From an uncultured Gemmatimonadales bacterium (GTDB lineage: Bacteria; Gemmatimonadota; Gemmatimonadetes; Longimicrobiales; Longimicrobiaceae): a stretch of 64,000 nucleotides of DNA. Positions 35,601 to 47,600 of the stretch are shown in pieces. The translations under genes and the position numbers were made by a program. Location of the stretch: positions 5,216,001 through 5,280,000 of the forward strand of contig OY970303.1 of assembly GCA_963716255.1 (NCBI GenBank), given 5' to 3'. How positions within the stretch are numbered: position 1 is the stretch's first letter; every line of letters begins with the position of its first letter. Under the pieces are notes generated by a model. That model saw nothing but the letters and a program-made list of their open reading frames with translations, made no database searches and was not told the origin of the DNA.

Positions 35601-38600
35601 CCGGCGTCCGGTCCCGGTCCAGCGCAATGCGCTCGCCGGAGAACGTCGGGACGGGGTCCCCGGAGCGCGCGCCGGTGAGCAGCGCCGGTGCGCCGGCGTC
35701 CGCGAGCATGAACGCCAGCCTCTCGGCCGGGTAGGCGGGGTCCAGCGGCAGGTAGACGCCGCCCGCCTTGAGAATCCCCAGGAGGGCGAGGACCAGCTCG
35801 GGGGAGCGCTCCATGCACACGCCCACCGCCACCTCCGGCCCCACCCCGCGGCGCTGCAGGCGGCGGGCGAGCTGGTCGGCCCCGCGCTCCAGCTCGGCGT
35901 AGGTGAGCACCCGGCCGTCCGCGACCACCGCGGGGGAGTCGGGCGTCCGTGCGGCCTGTGCCGTGAACAGGTCGTGGAGGAGGGGTGTACCCCCTGCCGC
36001 GGCGGCGCTCCACGCCGCGAGCATCCGCGCCCGCTCGGCGTCACGCAGCAGCGACACCTCGGAGAGGCGCCGCCCCGGGTCGCCCGACAACCCTTCGAGC
36101 AGCGTCCCCAGCTGCTCCACCAGCCGCTCTGCGTCGTCCGGACCGCTGCGGGTCCGGTCGTAGTGCAGCGCGACGTGGAATCGCGACCCCGGCGTCACGA
36201 CCAGCGTGAGCGGGTAGTTCGTCTGCTCCACGCTCAGGCTGAGCCTCACCCGCAGCGCCTCGGCGCCGTCGGCCGCGGCCCGCTCCACCGGGAAGTTCTC
36301 GAAAACCACCAGGCTCTCGAAGAGCGCTTCGCCCGGGGGCATCTCGCTCCACCGCCGCACCTGCACCAGCGAGGCGTGCTCGTGCTCGCGCGCCCGCGCC
36401 TGGCGGTCCTGCAGCTGTGCCAGCCAGGCGCCGGCCTCCGCCTGCGGCGGCACGGGCACCCGCACCGGCAGGGTGTTGATGAACAGCCCCACCATCTCCT
36501 CCGCGCCAGGCAGGTCGGCGGGGCGGCCGGAGACGGTGGCCCCGAAGACCACGTCGTCCTCGCCCGCGTAGCGGGCCAGGAGGAGCGCCCACGCGCCCTG
36601 CACCAGCGTGTTCACGGTCAGCCCCCGCTCCCGCGACCGCTCCTGCAGCCGCTGAGACAGCGCCTCCGGCAGCTCGGCGACGTGGATCTCGTGCCGCGCT
36701 TCGCCGGAGCCGGCGCGGGGGAGCGGCAGCGGGGTGGTCGCGGCGAACCCGCGCAGCTCCTCGCGCCAGTGGCGCTCCGCCGCGCTCGCGTCCCGCGCCT
36801 CCAGCCAGGCCACGTACTCCCGGTATCGGGGCGCAGGGGGTAGCTGCGGCTCCTCGCTCCGGGCGTGCGCCCGGTAGAGCGCGAGTACGTCGCGGAAGAG
36901 CACGGACAGGCTCCACCCGTCCAGCACCAGGTGGTGGTGCGTCCACACCAGCTGGTGCTCCCGGTCGCCGACGCGGAGCAGCGCCACGCGCATCAGCGGG
37001 GGGCGCTCCAGGTCGAAGCCGCGTGCCCGCTCTGCCGCCGCGAGCTCCGCCAGCTCCGCCGCGACCAGACCCGGCCGGTCCTCCCGCCGGAACTCCAGCT
37101 CCACCGTCTCCCTCACCACCTGCAGCGGCCGCGGCAGCCCCCGCCAGGCGAACCCGGTGCGCAGCGCGGCGTGCCGCGCCACGGCGCCGCGCCACGCCCG
37201 CTCCACCGCCCCGGCGTCCAGCGGTCCCTCCAGCGCGAAGGCGAGCTGACCCACGTACACCCCCGACTCAGGGGCGTACTGGGAGTGGAAGAGCATCCCC
37301 TCGTGCATGGGGGTGGCGGGGTACACGTCCTCGATCCCCCGCTCCCCGCCCAGCAGCCGGTCGAGCGCCGCCTGGTCCAGCCCCGCCCGGGGGAAGTCGC
37401 TCGGCGTGTAGCCGGCCGCGTCCGTGCGGCGGCAGTGGGCGACCAGCTCCCGCAGCTCCTCCAGGTACCACGCGGCCAGCCGCCGTGCCGTTTCTTCCCG
37501 CAGGGTCGCCGCGCCGTAGCCAAGGGTGATCCTCAGGCACCCGCCGCTCACGACCCCGTTCACCTCCAGGCGGTGTGGCCGGACGCGCCGCGGGTCCTGG
37601 TGCGCGCCGCCGGACTCGGGCGCCAACCGGAGGAAGGTGTCCTGCGACACCGTCCGGTCCACCTGGCCCAGGTAGTTGAACGCCACCTCGGCCCGCGGCG
37701 CCGCGGCCAGCTCCGCGGCGCCGCCGCCGCCCATCCAGCGCAGCAGCCCGTAGCCGAGGCCGCGCCCCGGCACCGCGCGCAGCTGCTCCTTGACGGCCCG
37801 GAGCGCCTCGCCCGGGCCGCCGGCCGCCGGGAGCTCCAGCAGCACGGGATACAGGCTGGTGAACCACCCCACGGTGCGGGACAGGTCCACGCCCTCCAGG
37901 CGCTCCTCCTTGCGGCCGTGCCCCTCCAGCTCCACCCGCACCCGCCGCTCCCCGGTCCAGCGGGCCAGGGCGCGGACCAGCGCGCAGAGCAGCACCTCGT
38001 CGACGTGCGTGCGGTACGCCGCGGGGACCTCGCGCAGCAGCGCCTCCGTCTCATCCGCGCCCAGCTGCACGGCCACCGTCCGGCCGAGCCCCGCGGTGTC
38101 CTCCGCGCGGGGGGCGTCCAGCGGCAGCGCAGCCGCGGCGCCCCGTGCCCGCTCGGTCCAGTACGCGGCCTCCGCCAGGGTCTCCGGCGCGCCGGCGTGC
38201 TCCGCCAGCCGCTCCGCCCACGCCTTCCACGAGGTCGTCTTGGCCGGGAGCCGCACCGGCTCGCCTCGCTCCGCCTGCACGTACGCGGTCTCCAGGTCCT
38301 CCAGCAGGATGCGCCAGCTGACCCCGTCCACCACCAGGTGGTGGAGCGCCAGCAGCAACCGCCCCTCGTCGCGGGTGCGGAAGTGGGCGACCCGCAGCAC
38401 GGGGCCGCGCTCCAGGTCGAGGCCGGCCTGCACCCGGTCCACCGCCTCCGCCATTGCCCGGTCCCGGGCCGCGCCGTCCAGCCGCGCCAGGTCGATCGTC
38501 ACCAGCGGCGCGCGCTCGCCGGCGGGCGCGTGCTCCTGCGTCCAGCCGCCCCCGCCGCGGCGGAAGCGCAGGCGCAGCGCGTCGTGGTGCTCCACCAGCA

Positions 38601-41600
38601 CCGCGAGCGCCCGCTCCAGCAGCCGCGGCTCGAGAGCGCGCGGCGGCACCAGCAGCAGCGCCTGGTTGTAGTGGTGCGGCGCCGGCGGCTCCTGCGCGAA
38701 GAACCAGCGCTGGATCGGCGTCAGCGGCGCCGCCCCGGCCACCCGCCCCTGCTCCGCCACGACCGATGCCCCGGTCCCGGCCACCCGCGCCAGCTCGGCG
38801 ATCGTGGCGTGCTCGAAGAGCTGCCGCGGCAGCAGCTGCATCCCTGCGCGGCGCGCCGCCGTGGCCACCCGGATGGCAAGGATGGAGTCGCCGCCCAGCT
38901 CGAAGAAGCGCTCGTGGATCCCCACGCGCTCCACCCCCAGCACGGCGCTCCAGATCTCCACCAGCGCCCGCTCCTCGGCGTTCCGCGGCGCCGCCGGCTC
39001 GCGCCCGGAGGCGCGCTCCGCCGCGGGCGTGGGGAGCGCGGCCCGGTCCACCTTGCCGTTGGGCGTGAGGGGGAGCGCGTCCAGCGTCACGAAGGCGGTG
39101 GGCACCATGTACTCCGGCAGCAACTCGCGCAGCCGCGCCCTCAGCTCCTCCACGGGGGGCAGCCCCTCCGCGGCGCCGGCAAGGTAGGCCACCAGCCGCC
39201 GCTCGCCCGGCGCGTCCTCGCGCACCACCACCGCGCACTCCCGCACCCCCGGCTGCGCCAGCAGCACCGCCTCGACCTCCCCCAGCTCAATCCGGAACCC
39301 CCGCACCTTCACCTGCTCGTCCAGGCGCCCCAGGTACTCCAGCGCACCATCGGAGCGCCACCGCACCTTGTCCCCCGTCCGGTACAGCCGCCCTCCGGCT
39401 TCCCCTCCGAACGGGTTCGGTACGAAGCGATCCCCCGTCAGCTCCGCACGCCCCAGGTATCCCCGCGCCACCTGCACTCCCCCGATGTACAGCTCCCCCG
39501 CCACTCCCACCGGCACCGGCCCCAGCCCACGATCCAGCACGTACAGCTGCGTGTTCCACACCGGCCGCCCGATCGGCACCGCCGTCCTGCCCCCCTCCCG
39601 CTCGCACGCCCAGAAGCTCACGTCCACCGCCGCTTCCGTCGGCCCGTACAGGTTGTGCAGCCCCATCGGCGCCGCGAACCGCTCGTGGAAGCGCTCCACC
39701 AGCGCCACCGGCAGCGCCTCTCCGCTGCAGATGACCCGCTTCAGCGTCGCGCACCGCTCCGCATCGGCCGCCTCCACGAACGCCTGCAGCATCGAGGGCA
39801 CGAAGTGCAGTGTCGTCACTCCCCGCCTCTCGATCACCTCCTGCAGGTACGCCGGGTCGCGGTGCCCCTCCGGGCGCGCCATTACCAGACAGGCGCCCTG
39901 CTGCAGAGGCCAGAAGAACTCCCATACCGACACGTCGAAGCTGAAGGGCGTCTTCTGCAGCACCACGTCCTCCGCTCCCAGCCTGTACTCCGCCTGCATC
40001 CACGCCAGGCGGTTGACGATGCCCCGGTGCGCGCTCATCACGCCCTTGGGCCGTCCTGTGGACCCCGAGGTGTAGATCACGTATGCCAGGCCGTCGGGCG
40101 TGGCCCCGCCGTCGGGGTTCTCCACGGACTCGCCCGCCCGCTCCGCCCCCGAGACGTCCACCACCTCCGTTCCCTCCGGCACCGCCAGCGCGCCCCGCAG
40201 CTCCTCCTGCGTCAGCAGCACCGGCGCCCCGGAGTCGGACAGCATGTACGCCAGCCGCTCGGCCGGGTAGCCGGGGTCCAGCGGCACGTACGCCCCGCCG
40301 GCCTTGAGGATGCCCAGCAGCCCCACGACCATCTCCAGGCTCCGCTCCAGGCAGAGCCCCACCCGGACCTCCCGCCCCACCCCGAGGCGCCGCAGGTGGT
40401 GCGCGAGGCGGTTGGCCCGCGCGTTCAGCGCCCCGTAGCTCAGCGACTCCTCCTCGAAGACCACCGCCGCGGCGTCGGGCGTGCGCGCCGCCTGCGCCTC
40501 GAAGAGATGGTGGAGGCAGAGGTCGGATGGATACTCGGCCTCCGTCCGGTTCCACTCCTCCAGGAGCTGACGGCTCTCCCCCTCGAGCAGCAGCGGGATC
40601 TGCGCGAGCGGCGTATCCGGCGCGTCCACGGCGGCTTCCAGGAGCACGCGGAAGTGGTCCAGGAAGCGGTCCACGGTGGCGAGGTCGAACAGGTCGCTGT
40701 TGTACTCGGCCACGGCCGGGATGGCGAGGGCACCCCCCTCCGTGACCTGCAGCAACATGTCGAACTTGGCGGTGCCGCTGTCGCCCGTGGGGACGGCGCC
40801 GCCCCCCAGCGGGTGCATGGAGAGGCCCGAGGATTCTTCCGGTGGCGGACCGTAGTCGCCGGGAGCCTGGATCCCCAGCATCACCTGGATCAGCGGGTTG
40901 CGGCTGGGATCGCGCTCCGGCCGCACCTCGTCCAGGATCATCTGCAGCGGCAGCTCCGCGTGCGGGTAGGCCCCGGCCATGAACGTCCTCACCTGCCCCA
41001 GCACCTCGTCGAAGCGGAGCCGGGCGGAGGGGCGGGCGCGGACGGGAATGGTGTTGAGGAAGTAGCCGAGCAGGAGCTGCGTCTCCGGCCGCGGGCGGCT
41101 GGCGGCCAGGGAGCCCATGGCGAAGTCCTCCTGCCCCGTGTAGCGGAAGCAGAGCGCCTGGAAGGCGGCCACCAGCACCAGGTGGAAGGTCGTGCGCTCG
41201 CGCCGCGCCAGGGCACGGACGCGCTCCACCAGCTCGGCGCTCAGCTCGATGCCGCGCTTCCCGCCCCGGTAGCTCTGCACCGGCGGGCGGGGCCGGTCGG
41301 TGGGGAGCTCCAGTACCGGGGGCACTCCGCGCAGGCTCTCCCGCCAGAAGGCCAGGTGCTGCTGCAGGCGCTCGCCGGAAAGCTGCTCCCGCTGCCAGAC
41401 CGCGTAGTCCGCGTACTGGATGGGGAGCTCCGGGAGCGGCGAGGGCCTGCCGGAGGTGAATGCCTGGTACAGCACCCTCAGCTCGTAGAGGAACAGCCCC
41501 TCGGACCAGCCGTCCGTGACGATGTGGTGGGCCGTGATCAGGAGAGCGTGCAGTCCGGGCTCGAAGCGGAGGAGCCGGGCCCGCATGACGGGGCCGGTGG

Positions 41601-44600
41601 TCAGGTCCGTGGGACACCGCGCCTCCTCGTCGTGCCTCCTGCGGACGGTGGCCATGCGGTCCGCTTCCGGTATGCCGGAGAAGTCGTCGACCGGGAGGGG
41701 GACGTCGATGTGCGGACGCACGATCTGCACGGCTACACCGTCGACCTCGGCGTAGACGGTGCGGTAGACCTCGTGCCTGCGGACGATCTCCGCGAGCGCC
41801 CGCCTTGCGGCGCCCATGTCCAGCGGTCCCCGCAGCCAGCCCGCCATCGGCACGTTGTACATCGGGTTGCCGGGCTCCAGACGGTCCAGCATCCAGATGC
41901 GCTCCTGGCCGTAGGAGAGCGGCAGGGGCCCGGTGCGCGGTACCGGACGGATCGCGGCGGGCCCCGCCGCGTCCACGTCGTCGCGGAGCGCGGCCACCCG
42001 CTGCGCCATCCCGGCCACGGTCGGGACCTCGAACACGGCGTCCAGCGACACGTCCGCGCGGAACTCGCCCTGCACGCGCATGACCAGCTGTGTGGCCATC
42101 AGCGAGTGGCCGCCGAGCGAGAAGAAGTCGTCGTGCGCCCCGATGCGCTCGAAGCCGAGCAGGTCCTGCCACAGCTCCGCCATCCGCTCCTCCAGCTCCC
42201 CGGCGGGCGCGACGTAGCGGGTGCCCGTCTCCGGCCGCGGCTGCAGCCCCGGCAGCTTCCCGGGGGCGGCGGCGGGCGGGGCCGTGACGGCGGGGTCCCG
42301 CGGGACCGGGTCCGCGCCGGGCGAATCGTTGCCGGCCGCCGACGCGGCGGGCCGTGGCGCGCCGCGCCGGCGGGGCCGGCGCTCCACCCAGTACGGCTGC
42401 CGCTCGAACGGGTACGTCGGCAGCAGCGCGCGACGCCGGCGCTCTCCGGCCGTGAACCCGTCCCAGTCCATCCGCACCCCCGCGATCCACAGCCTCCCCA
42501 GCGTCTCCAGCAGGTACGCCTGGTCCGACTGCCGCGTGTAGGCGTGCCGCAGCGAGGCGAACACCGCCGCCTCCGCCGCTCCGCCGTGCAGCGCGAACGT
42601 CCCCAGCGTGCGCCCCGGCCCCACCTCCAGCAGCACCCTGCTCCCGTCCAGCAGCAGCTCGCTCATCCCCTCCGCGAAGCGAACCGTGCCGCACAGGTGC
42701 CGCGTCCAGTACTCCGGGTCCGTGGCTTCCTCCGGGCGGATCCACGTCCCCGTCACGTTGGAGACGAACGGGATCTCCGGCTCCGCCAGCCGCATGGCGC
42801 GCAGCCGCTCGGCCAGGCGCTCGGCCACCGGCTCCATCTCCGCGGAGTGGAAGGCGTGCTCCGCGACCAGCCGCCGGCACGCCACCCCCTCCTCCACCAG
42901 CTCCGCCTCCAGGGCGGCGACGGACTCCGCCGGGCCCGACACCGTGCACAGGCCCGACGCGTTGTGCGCGGCAAGCGCCAGCCCGTCGCGCAGCCGCGGC
43001 CCGAGGGCGGCCGGATCCATGGGCACGGCGAGCATGGCGCCGGCCGGAAGCCCGGAGATCAGCCGCGCCCGCTCGGCGAGCAGCGCCAGCGCGTCCTCCA
43101 GCCGGAAGACGCCCGCCACCGTGGCGGCGACGTACTCGCCCAGCGAGTGCCCGATCATCGACTCCGGCTGCACGCCCCAGCTCATCCACAGCCGCGCCAG
43201 CGCGTACTCCACCACGAAGACCGCCGGGTGCGCCCGCTCCGTGCGCCCGAGCGGGTCGCCGGCCGCCGCCCGGCCGAGCATGCCGCGGAGGTCGGTGGAC
43301 CCGCCCGCCTCCACCGGCGCGCCGCCGGCGGCCTGCTCCGGGGCGGGGTCTCCGGGGAAGAGCCATTCGCGCACGTCGCTCCGGGTGTGCGCGCCGAGGA
43401 TCCGGGCGCAGCGATCCACCTCGTCGTGGAAGACCGGCTCCGCCTCGTACAGCCCGCGCGCCATCTGCACGTAGTGGTCGCCCACGCCGGGGAAGAGGAA
43501 CGCCACCGGGCGCTCTTCGCGCTCCTGGGCTCCTTCCAGCACGCGCCGCGGGTCGCGCGCCTCCAGCGCCGCGGCGGCGTCCTCCCGGCCGCGGCACACC
43601 AGCACGCGCCGCTGCTTGAAGCGCCGCCGTCCCACGCGCAGCGTGTGCGCCACGTCGGCCAGCTTCTGCTCCGGGCGCTCGCGGAGGTGCGCGGCGAGGC
43701 GGTCGGTGGCCGCTTCCAGCGCGGCGGGGGTGCGGGCGCTCAGCACCAGGAGCTGCCACGGCCGCGACGGACCGGACGGAGCGGCCTGCGGCGCCTCCTC
43801 CAGCACCACGTGCGCGTTGGTTCCGCCGATGCCGAACGAGCTGACCCCCGCGATGCGGGGCCTCCCGCCGGGCGCCCAGGGGCGCAGGTCGGGGTTGACG
43901 TAGAAGGGCGAGCGGTCGAAGTCGATCCGCGGGTTGGGCCTGCGGAAGTACGGCGACGGAGGGATCTCCTCGTTCTGCAGCGCCAGCACCGTCTTGATGA
44001 GCCCCACCACTCCGGCCGCTGCGTCCAGGTGCCCGATGCTGGACTTCACCGCCCCGAGCGCGCACGTCCCCTTCTTCCCCTCCCCGAAGGCGGCGACCAG
44101 CGCCGCCACCTCGATGGGGTCGCCCACCTCGGTGCCGGAGCCGTGCGCCTCCACGTACGAGACGTCTCCCGGCTCGACCCTTGCCATCGCCAGGGCCTCC
44201 GAGATCACCGCCGCCTGCCCTTCCCAGCGCGGCGCCGTGAAGCCCACCTTGCGGTCCCCGTCGTTGTTCACCGCCGAGCCGCGGATCACGGCGTGGACGA
44301 GGTCCCCGTCGGCCAGCGCGTCCTCCAGCCGCTTCAGCACCACCGCTCCCACCCCGCTCCCCGCCACCAGGCCGCGCGCATCCGCGTCGAAGGGGACGCA
44401 CTCCCCCGTGGGCGAGGTGATGCCGCCCGGCTGGTAGCGGTAGCCGCGATGCTGCGGCACGCTGATCCGCACCCCGCCCGCCAGCGCCACGTCCGTTTCC
44501 CCGCAGAGCAGGCCCTGGCACGCCAGGTGGACGGCGACCAGGGACGAGGAGCACGCCGTCTGCACGTTCAGGCTGGGGCCCTCCAGCCCCAGCTTGAACG

Positions 44601-47600
44601 AGGTGAGCGTCGCCACCGAGGCGGAGTTCGACAGGATCACCTGGAGCCCGCCCACCGCCCGCACCAGCGCACGCTGCGAGAGCACGTCGAGCATGTAGCG
44701 GTTCTGGCCCTCGGAGGCGTACACCCCGATGCGGCCGGCGTAGTCCCGCGACGCGTAGCCCGCCCGCTCCAGCGCCTCCCAGGCGCACTCCAGGAAGAGG
44801 CGCTGCTGCGGGTTCATCACCAGGGCCTCGCGCGGTGTGAAGCCGAAGAAGGCGGCGTCGAACAGCTCCGCGCCCTCCACCACCCCCGAGACGGGGACGT
44901 AGCCTGGAGCGGTGCGCTCGCGGCGCGAGACCCCGGCGGCCCTGAGCTCTTCGTCGCCGAGGCGGCGGAGGGAGCGGGTGCCGGAGCGGAGGTTTTGCCA
45001 GAGCTCGTCGATGTCGCGCGCCCCCGGGAAGCGTCCCGCCATCCCGATGATGGCCACGTCCTGTCCGCCGGGGGATCCGGTTTGGCTGTTCATTCCTGGC
45101 TCGATCGGGTGGGTTCCGGCTTCGCGCCCGGACCGGGCGGCTCTGTGCTGCCGGGTGCGGGCGCGGCGCTCTTCGGCGTGCTCGTGGCTCCGCCCGGCCG
45201 GCGCTTCCCGCGGCTCCGGCACTTCCGCTCGCGGCGCTTCCGGAGCTTCCGCGGCCCGCGCCGCCTCCGGCCCTTTCGCCTCATGCACCGGCGGGGCGTC
45301 CGGCGCACTGGCCACCCTGGGCGGCTTCGGCACCCCGGGCGCCGCACTGCTGCCCAGCTGCGCGGCGAGCGCGCCCAGCGTGCGGTGGGTGAACAGGTCC
45401 ACCAGCGCGACCCGGTCGGGGAAGCGATCCTGCAGGCGGGAGTGGACCTGGACCAGGAGGAGGGAGTGCCCGCCCAGGTCGAAGAAGTTGTCGCCGACGC
45501 CGATGTGCGGCACGCCCAGGACTTCCTCCCAGATGGCCGCCACCGCGCGCTCGGCCGCGGTGAGCGGGGCGCCGCCCTCGCGGCCTCCGCCGCTCCGCTC
45601 GGGCGCGGGGAGAGCCCGGCGGTCCACCTTTCCGTTGGCGGTGAGCGGAATGCTCTCCAGCACCACGAACGCCTCCGGCACCATGTACTCCGGCAGGCGC
45701 TCGTGCAGCCGCGCCCGCAGCTCCGCCGCCGTGACCTCCGCGCCCGCCTCCGGCGCCATGTACGCCACCAGCCGCGGCCCTGCGGAGCCCGGCATGCCGA
45801 AGGCAGGATCCTCCCGCACCAGCACCACCGCTTCCCGCACCCCCTCCACGCCCAGCAGCGCCGCTTCGATCTCTCCAGGCTCGATGCGGAAGCCGCGGAT
45901 CTTGACCTGGTGGTCGAGCCGCCCCAGGTACTCCAGCTCCCCTGCGGCCAGCCACCGCGCACGGTCTCCGCTCCGGTACAGCCGCGCTCCCGCCTCGCCC
46001 CCGAACGCGTCCGGGACGAAGCGCTCCGCCGTCAGCTCCGGACGCCCCAGGTAGCCGCGCGACACCCCCGCGCCTGCCACGTACAGCTCGCCCGGCACAC
46101 CCACGGGCGCCGGCTCCCCCCGCCGGTCCAGCACCCGCACCCCCAGGTCCGGGATCGGCTCCCCGACCGGGCTCCCATCCCCCGCCTCCACGTCCGCCCA
46201 CCCCAGCAACCGGTACGTCACGTGGACCGTCGTCTCCGTGATTCCGTACATGTTCACCAGGCGCGGTGACTCCTCCCCGTGCCGCCCCATCCAACCCCGC
46301 AGACTCCCCGGCTCCAGCGCCTCGCCCCCGAAGACCACCCACCGCAGCGCCAGCTCCGCAGCGTCTCCAATCTGCTCGTCCGCCGCGTTCAGCTGGCGGA
46401 AAGCGGACGGCGTCTGGTTCAGCACCGTCACGCGCTCGCGAGCCAGCAGGTCGTGGAACGCCTCCGGGTCGCGGCTCGTCTGCCAGGGCACTACCACCAG
46501 GCGCCCCCCATGGAGGAGCGCGCCCCAGATCTCCCACACCGAGAAGTCGAAGGCGTACGAGTGGAAGAGCGTCCACACGTCTTCAGCGCCGAAGCCGAAC
46601 CACGGCTGCGTGGCCGCGAACAGGCGCGTGACGTTGCCGTGTGTGACCACGACGCCCTTGGGCCGTCCCGTGGAACCCGAGGTGTAGATCACGTACGCCG
46701 CGTTCTGCGGATCCACCTCCACCCCCGGCGCGGCATCCCCGCCCCCGGTCTCCGCCAGCGCACTCTCAAGCCCCAGCACCTCCACCGTGGCGTCGCCCAG
46801 CAGCCCGCGCAGGTGCTCCTGCACCAGGACGGCCGCGCAGCCCGAGTCTTCCAGCAGGTAGGCGAGGCGCTCCGCCGGGTAGGCGGGGTCGACGGGCACG
46901 TACGCGCCGCCGGACTTGAGCACGGCCAGCAGCGCGACGATCAGCTCCCCCGAGCGCTCGGCGCAGACCGCCACACGCGCCTCGGGGCCTACGCCGCGGC
47001 GCCGCAGATGGTGCGCGAGGCGGTTGGCGCGCCGTTCCAGCTCCGCGTAGGTGAGCGAGGCATTCCCGGAGACGATCGCCACCGCGTTGGGCGTACAGGC
47101 AGCCTGCTCGGCGAAGAGCTCGTGGACGCAGGCCTGCGGGAAAGCGGCGGGCGTAGCGTTCCAAGCCTCCACCACCTGCGCGCGTTCCACCCTGCGCAGC
47201 AGCGACACCTCCCAGAGACGCCGCCGCGGCTCTGCCGCCATGGCCTCCAGCAGCACCTCCAGGTGCCCCGCCATCCGCGCGATCGTCTCCGCCTCGAACA
47301 GCGCTCCCTTGTAGGCCAGCGTCCCCGCGAGCGACTCCGGCTCGTCCGCGAGCGCCAGCCCCAGGTCGAACTTCGCCACGCCCGCGCCGCTCCCGAAGGG
47401 CGTCAGCTCCAGGTCGCCCAGCGACAGCTGGCCTTCCGCGCCGGACCTCTGGAGAGCGAAGGTGACCTGGAAGACGGGGGTGTGCGTCAGGCTGCGCTCG
47501 GCGCCCAGCTCCTCCACCAGGCGCTCGAAGGGCAACTCCTGGTGGTCGAAGGCGGCCAGCGCCGTGGCGCGTGTCCGCCCCAGCAGCTCGGTCCAGGTGG

